A stretch of DNA of 64,000 bases from Camelus ferus (taxonomy: Eukaryota): contig NC_045697.1 of the NCBI RefSeq assembly GCF_009834535.1, positions 21,578,001 through 21,642,000 on the forward strand, written 5' to 3'. Shown piece after piece: positions 50,426 to 63,383 of the stretch; the stretch's first letter is position 1; each line of letters opens with the position of its first letter. The notes under the pieces were generated by a model that worked only from the letters and a program-made list of their open reading frames with translations, searched no databases and was not told the DNA's origin. Position numbers and translations under genes: made by a program.

Positions 50426-51133
50426 AATTCCAAAATGGACTGCATAAGTTCTTGCTAGTTATTGATCATTGTTTAATCATTTTGTCAAAGATTCAAGGTC
50501 AAATCCATGCTTAGTAATTAAAGCACTAAATAAAAATGTAAGAACAGTTTTTTTTTCCTTATAGTTGGTGATACTAGATGGTATCCCTCAAGAAATTAAA
50601 AAAAAGGGGAAAACTTTGATAGTATTTCCTGCTATTTGTTAAACTGAGTACTTGTCAAATGCTACATCATTAAGTGCCATAATGGTATTATGGTTTTCCA
50701 TTAAACAAATGAGAAAAATAAGTCTTGAAACATTAAGGCCAATTCCCAATCTCCAGAAGATTATTTGTGATACAATTTATATTCTAAGGCAGGTTTCAAA
50801 CTTACCACCTCATGGCTCTGTAATAATTGCCATTCTGAATGTATTTCTTGAATTCCTTCCTCCCCACTCAATTTGCTGCTTCTAATCATCTATGGAACAG
50901 GGGAATCAGAAGAACTAATTTTCTTAGAGTTGGATATGAAAATAGAAGAGTGATAATGAGGACATGAAGGTCAATCTGAGAATGAAATTCATGAGCTTCA
51001 GTGGATGAACTTTTTATATCCATATGCATGATATGAGGACTATGCCAGGTTTTAGACTTACGTGCACTATTGCACTATTATTAGTGTACCTGTAATGGCA
51101 GAGACAAGTCTGCTGAATAGGCTAAAGGTATGG

Positions 51134-51494
51134 TGTTATGGGCTTCATGATTTGTCCCCTCTAGATGCATATGTTGAAATCCGAACTTTCAATATGATGG
51201 TATTAGGAGGTGGGGCCTTTGGGAGGTATTTAGAATGAAGCCTTCATGAATGGGATTAGTGCCCTTATAAGAAGAAACATAAGACCTTGCTCTCTTTCTC
51301 TCTGATCTCTGCTATGTGAAGACACAACAAGAAGAGTCATCTGCAAATCAGGAAGAGTGCCCTCATCAGACAACATATGTCAGCTCCTTAATCTTGGACT
51401 TCCCAGCCATCAGAATTGTAAGAAATGAGTATTTGTTGTTTCAGCCACCCAGTCTTTGGTATTTTTGTTACAGAAGCCCAAACTGACTAAGATA
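51134..51494 (+). mobile_element. MLT1A MaLR solo LTR
   Basis: tgttatggg...atggtattaggaggtggggcctttgggagg...atcttggacttcccagcc...actgactaagata. Confidence 0.9.
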
Positions 51495-51561
51495 GTCATC
51501 AAGCTCAAGATAGAGTGTGTATTAATAAAGCCATGCACATTGCCTGGTTGTAGTCAAAGCT

Positions 51562-52036
51562 TGTTTAGTTTCTTAAGGTTGTCATAACAAGGTACCATAA
51601 GCTGGGAAACTTAAAACAACAGAAATTTATTGTATCACATTTCTGCAGGCTAGAAGTCCAATAATAAGGTACTGGCTAACCACACTTCTGAAACCTGTAG
51701 GGAAGAATCCTTCCTTGCCTCTTCCACCTACTTGTAGCCCCAGTTTTTCTACTTCTTGTGGCAGTGTAACTCCAATCTCTGCCTCCATCTTCACATGGCC
51801 ATCTTCCCTGTGTGTGCGTGTTTCCACACAGCATTCTCCTCTCTGTGTATATTTGTGCCCAGTTATGCCTCTTCTTATAAGGACACTTGCTATAGTGGAT
51901 TAGGGCCCACCCTGATGGTCATATCTTAACTTGATTACATCTGCAAAAAGCTTAGTTTTGAATAAGGTCACATGCACAAGTATGAAAGTTAGGACTTCAA
52001 CATACCTTATCGGGGGACACAATTCAATCCCTAGAA
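51562..52036 (-). mobile_element. MLT1C MaLR solo LTR
   Basis: aaaacaacagaaatttattg...actccaatctctgcctccatcttcacatggcc...ggattagggcccaccctg...gggggacacaattcaa. Confidence 0.9.
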
Positions 52037-53194
52037 AGAGTGATGGACAAGTTCCAGGGAAAACTGAGAAGAAATATTCTTAACGTAGAACAGATTCCAA
52101 ATGACCAATTCCTGAGCAAGAGTTTTGGAAAAAAAATTCCAAAAGAAACCCTTTGGATGGTGTTTGGATATGGTGCTCGCCATGGCTCCTAGATTCCTGA
52201 TATGGTAGATGTCTGAATGAAAACTTTGGCAGCTCATTTGTATTTTGTATTTTGATGCTGTCCTAGTTTTTGATAGTTGGTTTCATGATCTCTAGATAAG
52301 TGAGAATGACATGTATTTCACTGTAACAATAAGAGAAGGATGAGTACACATTGAACTTAGCTCTAAAAAAGAACTTCACAGTTTTCTTAAGGGCTGAGGT
52401 TGTAATTAGAAAAAGAAGGATGGTCACAGGTGAAAAACAGGAAGAGTGTATGTATCTTAAGCAAAAAATAAACTCTAAGCAGAGTGAAAGGACCAGAGGC
52501 ACACATAAAAAATGAAGTTTAGGCAAAAACTATAAGTAAAATCCTACTTTTTAACTTCAACAATGAAGTCATGGATTTTTCACAGAGCACAAATTGTATC
52601 TAAGATAATCAGGTATTTAACTACACGATTATGAAAACATCACTCTGAATTCTTAGGCCATTATCTCAGCATGAAATATAATCCCAGAAAGCTATCAAGA
52701 ATTTATGTACATTTGTCATCTTCAAATCAATAATGATTTCCTAGTGAGTTTTATTTTTTATCAATAAAAGGTATGTGAAAAATCATGGGAGTAAACAAAT
52801 TCAGAAAAAGAGAAATAAGTGAGTAAGATTTTATGTGTAAACCTTGATCAATATTTAGAATACAAAGGAAGTGATACACAAAAGAATTATTTTGTGATTT
52901 TATTTGTAATTCTTAAACAAACAAGTCTAACAAGCGTATTTTTTCTGTAGAGAAACCTCTCAGAAAATAATCAAAATGTTGGCCTCTGGAAAATCCTAAA
53001 TATTTTTTTCACCTATGAAATTTGCTTCTACAATTAAACATGAGAATTTAGGAGTTACTTATTTCTACATGCTACTAACTATGCACTTGCAAATTCATTG
53101 TTCCCAAATTGCACTACCCTTATCAGAAATTTGGAAATTTACAAATTTCCTTTCATATATATTTTCATAAGATTCAGTAAATCTTGTATTTTCT

Positions 53195-53410
53195 GTTTAG
53201 CATAGTAGTTAAAAGCTTAGTAACCGAAGTCAGAATGCAGAGTTTCCATTTGACTTCAGAACCTGTTTTCTCCTGCTATGGAAGAGGATAATAACGTTGC
53301 TGAACTCACAGGACCCTGGTAAGGACTCAATGAGGTAATACGTATGAGGCATGTGTACCAGTGCTTATCATATAATCAGCAGAAAATAAATGTCACATAT
53401 TAAAATTATT
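53195..53410 (+). mobile_element. MIR SINE
   Basis: tagcatagtagttaaaagc...tgttttctcctgctatggaagaggataataa...tgaggtaatacgtatg. Confidence 0.6.
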
Positions 53411-54034
53411 GTTAAATACATTTTCAGAATCAATCAAAACTTCAGTTTTAGAATTTATGTTTGAGAAAAACAAGTTGAAAAACAGAAAATCAATAAGAGA
53501 CCAACAGAAGGAAGGCAAAAATAGATGGAAGCGAATGAGTAAGATTTTTGCAATGGACCATCGTTACTTCCATTATGAGCAACAGCTCTTGCTTCCTCTG
53601 GAATACCCTCATGTGATACACGTACTTGAATAGACACAGCCCTACAAATATAACACTTTTTAAAATAACTCTTGTTGGCTTATTTTACTCCATAAATGTA
53701 GTACATAGTAATATTTCTTAAAACTCGTCTTTTTCTCTGTCATCTATTTCCTGCACCTGCAACAGCTATACATACACCTCTTTCTTCAAAAACGATCTCA
53801 CAACACCCTTACTCATACAGTTGAATAGCTCCAGTCCTGCTTTTATCACGGTAAGAAATTAGCTGGCAATAAACAAATCCTCTAGAGGTCAGGGGAGTGG
53901 AAGAAACCCAACTGGCTGAGCCAGAAGTCCCTTTATTCCACAGTGAAAACAGAAGATAGACTCAAAACATTACTCATTTTATTCATACTGCGTTCAAAAA
54001 AAATTTAGAGTGAGGAAGTAAATGTTTAGGTTGC

Positions 54035-54524
54035 TGTGTTAATCAGGGTCTAACTAGATAACAGAAACTTCCTGAATACAGAGAATTGGTTCTACAAGTG
54101 ACAGAAAAGATACAGATCTAAATTAGGAGAGTGGAACAGACCATAAATCAGCAATATCAAGTAGCTGCTATCACCTCTCAGCTGGAGACTCAAGAGAGGA
54201 GGGTTATCTTGTGGGGGGAGGGGGAATCTGGACCCAGGGTAGATGGAGGAGGTAGAATACATAGTGAGTTTACCTGGGAGAAATTGCATCCACAGAGGAA
54301 AGAGAACCACTCCCTCATAATCCAAGATAAAATAAATTCCATCTATTCATTTCCTGCCCTTGACTATCTCCCAACAACACCTTCCAAGAGTCATAGCCGG
54401 AAGTCAGCTGATTAGAATCCTTAGAAAATACGGCACCAGTCACCACCATGATGCATGGCAGAGTAAAGAAAAGAACAAGGGTAGATGCAGAGATTCAAGG
54501 ACAATCAAATGCTGGAAAAGCACA
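54035..54524 (-). mobile_element. LTR41/LTR50-like ERVL LTR
   Basis: tgtgttaatcagggtc...gaattggtt...agctgctatcacctctcagctggag. Confidence 0.55.
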
Positions 54525-55399
54525 GTAAATGTTAAGGAGATTGATCATGTGGGTTGAGGAAAAAAAACAATTAAATTATATTATACCAAAATCTTGGATT
54601 GAAGGATGGATGAATGGATGGATAGATTAGAGGAGAGAGAGAGAACAGGGCAAGAACGGAAAGAGAAGAGAGAGGAGCAACAAACCCAAATCTATCTTGG
54701 GTGATAACTAGCAACCATCAATGTAAGGTTCAAGGAGGAGTTTAATGCTTTGATGTGGGTTTGGTGACTGTAACTGTTATGTTAATTTATAAATGATAAA
54801 TATCCATTCATTTCATGACATTTGTGTTTGTTACCATTTCTTTCTGAAAACTTTCTGATAAAGAATATTAATCAGCATAACACTTTTTCTCCCCATTTTG
54901 GGATGACTTTAGAATTATAGCTATTCTTTCAAGTTTTGTAATGTCTTCCTTTGCAAAAATTGTAGTGTCTTTAAAAATAAACAGTAGCATCAGCTGCAGC
55001 TCTTTGGCTCACTTTTAGTTAAAGACCCAATTTGTAATCTATGTTGTTCCATTACAGTGAATGATGTATATTCTTTGTTTACTTGTGGAAGAACATATTC
55101 CTGCTTCTCAGTTATTCATTGGACAGCCAGCCCCATTTTCCTTCATACATACATTGTTTATTTATAGCTTTGAAAATCTGGATTATTACAAACCGGACAT
55201 TGTCATTATCTTTTCTCATAAAGGAACTAGGACGCCAGCTCAGAATCTCTGCTCTATCTAAATGTACGTTTGACTGGGTCAAAGTCATTGGGAGTCCATC
55301 CCAACAGTTCGGGATCTCAAACTGATTCTCAAGGTGGTTTTCAAGGTGAAAATAAATGTGCTTTTCAGAGAATATCCTTAGTCCAGCTTGGTCACACAG

Positions 55400-55545
55400 T
55401 AAATAATCCAAACCAATATAAACTATTCTTTTAGCCATTGTCAGCCTCAGTTTTCTCACTTGTAAGGTCATTACGGTCAATATTAAATATAACGCAATAC
55501 ATACGTGCTCACTCAAGACTCGCATCTGTAGAGTCTATCTTTATT
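55400..55545 (+). mobile_element. MIR fragment
   Basis: agcctcagttttctcacttgtaa. Confidence 0.55.
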
Positions 55546-56574
55546 AACATTTTCTTAGAGGCTCTGCGTTCTGTTATGGTTTTGACTCTCTTCTTGTGAC
55601 TGTCACACTTTCATAGCCTCTCTCGACTTTCAACTTATTCTTTCAATTCTATATTGGATTGTGAAATAATTTAAGCATGACAAAAAACATCTAAATAACA
55701 GTAGGTTGGTTCTGCCTGAGGAATAAGGTGTTTAAAAAAGAATGTGTTTAATGTGTTTAATGTGTATCAGCTTTACTTCATTGGACTTTATGACATTACT
55801 TTTAGCTGGTTAGACTCCATTTTTTTACCTTTCTTTTACTTGGCTGAAGATTGCATAGTTTAGGTTGTCAAGTTAATGATCTCAGTATGTGACAAAATAT
55901 TGTATTTTCTTTATTATTGCTAAGAAATAATAAAAGTGATTCCATTTCCACACTTGGAAAATAATTTAATTATTAAGATTTTTCTCCTGTTTACACACAC
56001 TTAATTATAATGGTTCTTTGAATAATTCATGTAGTCCTTAATGATGACTTCCTATAGTTGTATAAATAGTAACAATGCAATTGGAGAGAATGAAGTAAGC
56101 ATTTAATTATTCTCTCTATTGGTCAGATAATAAGTTTGGGGAAGCTATGAGCAATTCTAAATCTGGTCATTTACATAGGAAAGATGGAGCAAATTAGAAA
56201 TTATTAAAAACCAATTCCCTGTCCCCTCACAGTATAATCATAAGAATTGCTCCTCTTTCGTGATATAAACTTATTTATTGGCTTTAAATAATGTTTATAC
56301 ACACCAATAAATGCATGATTTAATTACTGCACTCCTTAAATGTTTGGTTGGTGTTATATCCGTGATATTTTCTTAATATATAATCATAATGTGTCAATCT
56401 CTAAAAGCAAGAAATAAAAATAAATGCATGATGTTAAAAATGAGGGTGAGGATGATTATAGCTGTGGATTTCACAATTTCTCCCATGGTACCAAGCACTG
56501 ACTGGGGACAAGTAGGGGTGATTTTTAAAGTATAATAAAGAGTTGTCTACAATAATAGAATGATTTTTTAAACC

Positions 56575-57120
56575 TGCATTATTCATTGCTTCATTTTACT
56601 TCTGTTCAAATACTCTATTTGTTCAGTTGAATGAAATGATCATACAATGCTAATCACCTATCATGTGCAAGGTGTTTGGAGAATAAAAAAGATAAATGAT
56701 GTTTATAGTAATACTGTTCATAGTAACACTGCAGCCTTACTTAAAAAAAAACAGGCAGATATAGCAGACTATAATACATTCTAGAATTGTAAAATAGTTA
56801 TTGATTTCCAAAATATGTGATGGAAGCATATGAGAAAAAAATAATTTATTTTAACATTAGGAAAATTTCATGGAGGAGAGAGTAATTGTTTTAAGTGTTT
56901 CCGGTGAACGATTTTAAGAACCAGAAAATGAGAAACCAGATCTTCTCAGACTGAAAGATAAGCATGGGTAAAGATATGGGGTGGGAAAAAGACTTTAGCA
57001 AGCAGAAAATAACTGAAATATTGGAGAAAAATGCTTGAGGGCAATGAATAATGAGGCTGGAAAAGCAGTTTGGGACAAAGTCATCGAGAGATTGGCATAC
57101 CGTTGAAAGGGATCTCATCG
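56575..57120 (-). mobile_element. LINE L2 fragment
   Basis: cacctatcatgtgcaagg...atgaggctggaaaagcagtttgggacaaagtcat. Confidence 0.55.
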
Positions 57121-57389
57121 GTGTTCTCAACTTCTTGCTTCCCAGCACGTAGCTGTGTGCGTAGGAAAGGCTGGCTCTAAGTCTAAGCCATGTAAAGTCA
57201 AACTGGGTTCTCAGATTTGTAGCATGATTTGCAAGTGCCCAGATAGAGCCCCTCTGAAGATATGTTTCAACTACAGAAGCGTAGTTACACTTTCACTTTT
57301 GCATCTTTTTTTAATCTATGAAAATTGTCAAATGTCGTGGAAGAGTCAAAATTTAATTCATTATTAACAAATGCCTCGATAAATTAATA

Positions 57390-57800
57390 ATAGCTTGAAT
57401 GTCAAATAGACATCTCATATTAAGGTGTCAAATGCAACTCTAGTTCTCTTCTCTCCCAAATCTGCTTACCTAGTTACTATAGCAAAGCAGATCATGTCAA
57501 CTCCATTCTTCCATTTTTTAAAAATAAAAACTTTGGCATTGTCCTTGACTTCTTTACTTTTTCAACCCATATCCAAATTCTGTTGGCTCTGTCAATAGAT
57601 TCAAAATCTATTAAGATTCTTATTACTTCTTACTAGCTCTACAGCTGCCATCCTTGGATTTTTCCTTGGATTTTTTACCTCCCTCCTAAAAGGCCTCCCT
57701 GCAACTACCCATACATTTCAGTCATTCTCAACACATCACTAGATCATTTTTTGGCACAGGTGAATCATGCTTTGTTACACCTTGGTCAAAGCCCTGAAAA
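57390..57800 (+). mobile_element. LINE L2 fragment
   Basis: gaatgtcaaatagacatctc...ttgtccttgactt...cccatatccaa...ctccctcctaaaaggcctccctgc. Confidence 0.65.
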
Positions 57801-57805
57801 ATGTT

Positions 57806-58270
57806 TCTGATGGCTAATTATCTATCAACTTGCCAAGGCCATGAGGTGCCCAGACTTTTGGTCAAACATTATTCTAAATGTGTCTGTGAGGGATCTTCTA
57901 GACAAAATTAACATTTAAATTGGTAGACTAAGTAAAGCAGAATGCCCTCCCTAATGTGGGAAAGCCTCATCCAATCAATTGAAGACCTAAACAGGAGACA
58001 AAGGCCGAACAGGAGGAAATTCTCCTGCCTGACTGCTTGCTTGGAGACATTGGTATTTTTCAAGCTTTTGCACTCAAATTGAAAATGAGCTCTCCTTGGT
58101 TCTCCAGCCTATAGGCTTTCAGACTTGAATTGACACCATTGATTCTCCTGGTTCAGAAGACTCTGGACTCAGAATAGATCTATCCCATTAGCTCTCCTGG
58201 TTTGCAGCTGGCCAACTGCAGATCTTGGGACTTTGCCACCTCTATCATCTCATGAACCAATTCCTATTTT
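57806..58270 (+). mobile_element. MLT2B-family ERVL LTR
   Basis: gtgcccagacttttggtcaaacattattct...agtaaagcagaatgccctccctaatgtggg...ctgcagatcttgggactt...catgaaccaattcc. Confidence 0.9.
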
Positions 58271-58381
58271 TATATATGTACACATGTATATGTACACATA
58301 TATAAAAATAGGAATTATATATATACACACACACATATATAAATTAGGAATATATATATATATGTGTATATATATATATAA
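58259..58381. repeat. TA/CA-rich low-complexity tract with a 21-bp perfect inverted repeat
   Basis: Arms at 58259-58279 and 58296-58316. Confidence 0.9.
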
Positions 58382-58897
58382 TCTCATGAATACAAAGCAT
58401 TTAAACAATGCACTGGAAAACTTAATCAGGCTATATTTCAAAATCTAATCTAAATTAATTTTTATCTCCTGTATGTAAGTTTGGATTAACATTCAAAAAG
58501 ATATTAACATTATTCTTCCATAAAGTGATTAAAGAGAAAAAACATGTTCAAGTGAATAAAAATAGATAAAGCTAATATATCCCATGGAATTATTTTTTTA
58601 CTTGAAGTGAACAATAATATTTATTCCAGGGTTGTTTATAATAGGAAGGAACTCATAACAGCCAAAAAGTTTCTAAAGTAAAAGAATGGGCAAAGCAATT
58701 CTATATTTATACATTAGAATTAATTACAGGAGTATAAATGAATGAGCCATGGTCAATCAAATCAAAATATATCAGTCTCAGAAATATATGTGACTTAGCA
58801 ACAGCACCAAAAAAACTGCCTCAGGTATGGCATCCATTACATAAAAACAAAAGTATACAAAAACTAAGGATATATATATAAGTATTTAACAAAACTT

Positions 58898-59447
58898 CTA
58901 AATGTCCATCGACAGATGACTGGATAAAGAAGGTGTGGTATATTTATATGATGGAATACTACTCAGCCATAAAAAAGAATAAAATAATGCCATTTGCAGC
59001 AACGTGGGTGGACCTGGCAATTGTCATACAAAATGAAGCAAGCCAGAAAGAGAAAGAAAAATACCATATGATATCACTTACATGTGGAATCTTAAAAAAT
59101 GACATAAATGAACTTATTTACAAAACAGAAAGAGACTCACAGACATAGAAAACAAACTTATGGTTACCAGGGGTAAAAGAGTTGGGTGCAGGGATAAACT
59201 GGGAGTTCAGGATTTGCAGATACTAACTACAATATATAAAACAGATAAACAACAAGGACCTACTGTATAGCATAGGGAACTATAGTCAGTACTTGTAATA
59301 GTCTATAATGATAAAGAATATGAAAAGGAATACACACACACACACACACACACACATATCTATATAAAACTGAATCACTATGCTATAGTGATTAACCAGA
59401 AATTAACACAACATTGGAAACTGATTATACTTCAATTAAAAAAAAAA
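58898..59447 (+). mobile_element. 5'-truncated L1 (artiodactyl/camelid type) with internal (CA)n
   Basis: ORF2p end WYIYMMEYYSAIKKNKIMPFAATWVDLAIVIQNEASQKEKEKYHMISL; 3' UTR ending tatacttcaattaaaaaaaaa; lies within older L1 remnants. Confidence 0.92.
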
Positions 59448-59621
59448 GGGTCATAGAGGGAATTTTAACTGTACTGGTAACACTCCTCGATTGCTCATTT
59501 TATTATTGTTTTACTATTTATGTCCTATAACATTTATATAACATATAGAATTATATTTATGAGGCATTTCATAATAATAAAAAGTATTTTAAAAGCTCAG
59601 TCTGCTTTTGTTCAGTGCTGG

Positions 59622-59886
59622 ATGGGGTCAGTTAACTATGGTTCATGGGTATAGCCACATTCATGTTTCTTTTAGAGCATGACAGTCAAACTATGGCTCA
59701 TGAACCAAATCCATCTGTTTTTACAAAGTCTTATTAGAGCATAGCCTGCCCATTTGTTTATGTATTTTCTGTGGCTGCTATTGGGCTACAAAAGCAGAAT
59801 TAAGTAGTTGCAAGAGATACCTTATGGCTTGCAAAGCCTGCAATATTTATTATTTGGTCCTTTACCAAAAATTTTGCAAACCTCTA
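59622..59886 (+). mobile_element. MER58A hAT-Charlie element (59678-59886) plus an upstream partial copy
   Basis: caaactatggctcatgaaccaaatcc...gtggctgct...agtagttgcaa...gcaaagcctgcaatatttattatttggtccttta...tttgcaaacctct. Confidence 0.8.
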
Positions 59887-60119
59887 ATTCAGTGCAACAT
59901 CTTAATATCCACCCTAACTGGTAAGAACAGCTCAGAAGTCACGGCCACAATGAGCTATGGAGAAAAAACCTAGAAGAAATTTTTTTATATATATAACAAA
60001 GTGGCATAAGCTTTTGAGATTCTGAGACAGCCATAATACAGCAGGTGTAGGGGATGGGAGCAATATGCCAGCAAACAAAACTAAAACTAAGCCAACAAAA
60101 AAACTTGCAAATAGTAACT

Positions 60120-60235
60120 CATGCAATCCTCTCAATCTCCATGTAAATCAACTGAGGCACAGACAGAGTAAGAAAATCACCCATGTTCACAGATGTTGGA
60201 TCTAGTGAACCCAGAATTCCATACAAACTGACTTC
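60120..60235 (-). mobile_element. MIR fragment
   Basis: aactgaggcacagacagagtaagaaaatcacccatgttcacag. Confidence 0.55.
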
Positions 60236-62074
60236 TTGTATAGAATAATTCATACTCAGAATTACCATAATCTATTATTAAGGTGATCCCCATGGTAAAC
60301 TATATGCTGTGAGAAAACTCTTCTTTCAATATCTCACAGCTTCTGTAAGTTGTGTTATTTTGGAGAGTGAAGGAGGCAGTGACATATTCAGTATACCTCT
60401 TGGGTGGGAATAGAAAGATTCAGTGGACTCCAGATATTAGAAATAAAGAGAAATTTAAGTCTCTTGGTCATCTATAAATTTAGGAGGTACTGGGTTTCCA
60501 ACCATATGTAATATGGAGATTTGATATTTAATATTTACATACTGAAGGACAGGGAAATTTGCACATAAAGGAATTGAAATCACCAAATTGGCAGATATCC
60601 TGGTTATGTTTTACAAATACAATAATCCTTGTTTTGTTTTGTAATTAGTCAATTTACAAAAAATGAGGATGTCATGTTGGGAACATATATTTGCTTGTCT
60701 GTCTTTAAAGTAGCCACGCAGAATGATCGTCACGTGGTGAATCGCCACTGACTACAAGGATCAACCCAGTGTGTGGCTCTTAGAAGAGGGGAAAAAAAAA
60801 GAATGGCTGTTGAATTCAGCTGCCAACAATGAAGTAAGTAAGATGGGTATTTCCCTGTGTTTTTGTTTAAAATAATTACACATTTATTAGAAAATTAGAA
60901 TGTATTGAAAAATTTTTAAGATAATTATAATGTCAAAAAGTATTTTTGAAGTATATTGAGATAATGTAATAAATGCTATTTCATATAATATGCAAATATA
61001 AGACCTTTTTAAAATTATTTTTTAGTTTAATTGTATGCTATATAAAATCAATTTTGCCCTACTACAAGTGAAAATTCATGGGAAAGATTGTAAGTAATCA
61101 GAAAAAAATCTTTTTTATAATTTTATTTTCTTAGTGTCCATAGGTCAAAAAAATATAGGCCATAGAGAGATTTGAGAATTAGGTTAAAAGCCTTCTGTGC
61201 CCCCAGATATAATTGATGCTGCACAGCAATTAAAGAAAATTACCTAGAATTCTTATGTATAATGGCTTAATTTATTTTTATCATTATGCTTTTATGTGGA
61301 GCAACACATTTATCATACAGACTTGAAGAATTCTGATTTGGATTGAATGAAGCACATATATTACATTGACTCTTTTTTAAATTATCTGAAATTGGAAAAC
61401 AAAAGCAATTGTTATAGGCTTACACTTTGAAAATATTATTTGAGCAATATGACATTTAATGTTTCATTTAAATTCAATTAAGCTTTGATCTATGGTTTCT
61501 GAAAGATATAAAGTCAAAGCAATTGACATAATTTGGATATTTTAATGTAATATATCTTGTTACTTACCGCAGAGGTTGTCACATTTGTCATCCCATTAAT
61601 TCCTATGTCCTTATATAACCCTTTCAGGATTTCTTGTAGGCAGGGATCTTTCCTTTGTCCCTCACATTTCAGCATGTACTTTTCAGAGCCCATTCACGAC
61701 ATCTGTGTCTGGTACTCATTCCCTATCTTATTAGGATAATGGGCCAGGACACCATTGCAAAACCCTGCTTTGCAGGTCGAAGAAGACTCTTGGTCACTTG
61801 CCGTGTGATCATTCTTACTTCTTTAGGGAAGCCCACATTCCTCCTATTGCTGAACTGTCAGTAGGTAAGCATGCTACTTATAGGATTGGGCCCAAGAGAC
61901 CATTTACATTTTACAAAATACAAAAAAGAAAGTCATGAGAAAATTAGCAGGCCTTATTTTCCATATATTTCAATGACAAGTCATTAAACATCTACTGAGG
62001 ATTCCCTAGGAAACAGGAAAAATTGTATTTGGAGGTCAGCGCTGGACAGAACTCAGAAGAAAACTTCTGTAAAT

Positions 62075-63148
62075 ACAGGCTTTCAGTAGTGTGGTGGTGA
62101 GATGGTGAGGCGTGTGGTGGGGAAGTGTTCTATAGTGCTGTGATTAGGTCTCAGTCATTCGGTGAGCCTGTGCTTCTGGGCTGTGAATTTCACATGTGTC
62201 TCTCAGGTTTTTTCCCTCCACACTTAGGTGGAACAAGATGGCTAGAGCTGGCTGGAGTTGAGTATTTCTCTTCCCCCAGGTTAGTTAGGGCCTGACAATA
62301 CCCCAGCAGACTACACTCTGGTTAACTAGTTTCTCTTACGGGCAGGACTTGTTAAGAAAAGAGTGTACAGTTGACTCTTGGGTTTGAACATCAGTTTGTA
62401 CCTCACGGATCCATTTTTATGCAGATTTTTTCAATAAATTAATAGATATACTGTAAATGTATTTTCTTTTCCTTTGATTTTCTTAATAACAGTTTCTTTT
62501 CTCTAGCCTAGTTTACTGTAAGAATATAATGTATTACACGTATAATAAACAAAATATGTGTTAATCGACTCTTTATGTTATTGGTACAGCTTCTGGTCAA
62601 CAGTAAGTCATAAATAGTTAAGTTTTTGGAAAGTCAAGAGTTATACTCAGATTTTTGAATGCGCGGGAGGTTTGGTTCCCCTTACCCCCTTGTTGTTCAA
62701 AGGTCAACTGTATTTCAGATGGGTTCCTTTTCCCCCTATGCAGGAAGCTGGAGGAGATTTTTCTCTGATGTTCACCAGATTAAACTCCTGGAGGAAGCAC
62801 TCACAAAATTGCGGGGGCATTTCTATGATTGGGGTCACCCAGGAGTTGTTAGCTCTCAGACTTGTCTGCACTGAGCCTCTACCAATTCATCAATTATAGT
62901 TCTGGTCTTCCTGCCCCAAACCCAGTTCTCTGAGAGGTTTCTGCTTGTGAGCTCCTGCTCCAGTAAGCTAATGACCTGTATTCATCTGTTGGTCTCTCCA
63001 ATTTGAGGGTAGCTATTTGATCTGTGTCCTCTCTCTTCTTACAGATCCTAGAAGAGTTGTTGATTTTTTGGTCTGTTCAGCTTTTTACTTGTTAGAACAA
63101 AGTCATGACTTCCAAGTTCCTTACATGTGGAATCTGAGATGGGTAGTC
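62075..63148 (-). mobile_element. Old L1 5' region (L1M4/L1MD-like), interrupted by a Tigger element
   Basis: agaagagttgttgattttttggtctgttcagctttttacttgttag...gacttccaag matches old L1 5' ends in reverse. Confidence 0.7.
62368..62710 (+). mobile_element. Tigger2a/MER28-like Tc1-mariner MITE
   Basis: TA|cagttgac...gtcaactg|TA terminal inverted repeats with TA TSD; internal ttttcttaataacagtttcttttctctagc, tgtgttaatcgact and cttctggtcaacagta. Confidence 0.9.
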
Positions 63149-63383
63149 AAGGTCATTATTCTAATTTTTTTTCAGTAAAAGAGGGAGAAATATAATTTCA
63201 ACACAGAGCATATGAGGACCAGATCATGCCACAGAAATTAACCATGAATCAATCTCTTATAACCTCCCCTGAGATAGCATGTGTATTGTGAGTGTGTTTG
63301 GGGGAGGAGTAAGGTGGGCAGGGCTTTTCACTCCTTCAGATCATGGAAGAAACTCTAAAAGAAACCTCACAACACAGTTCATG

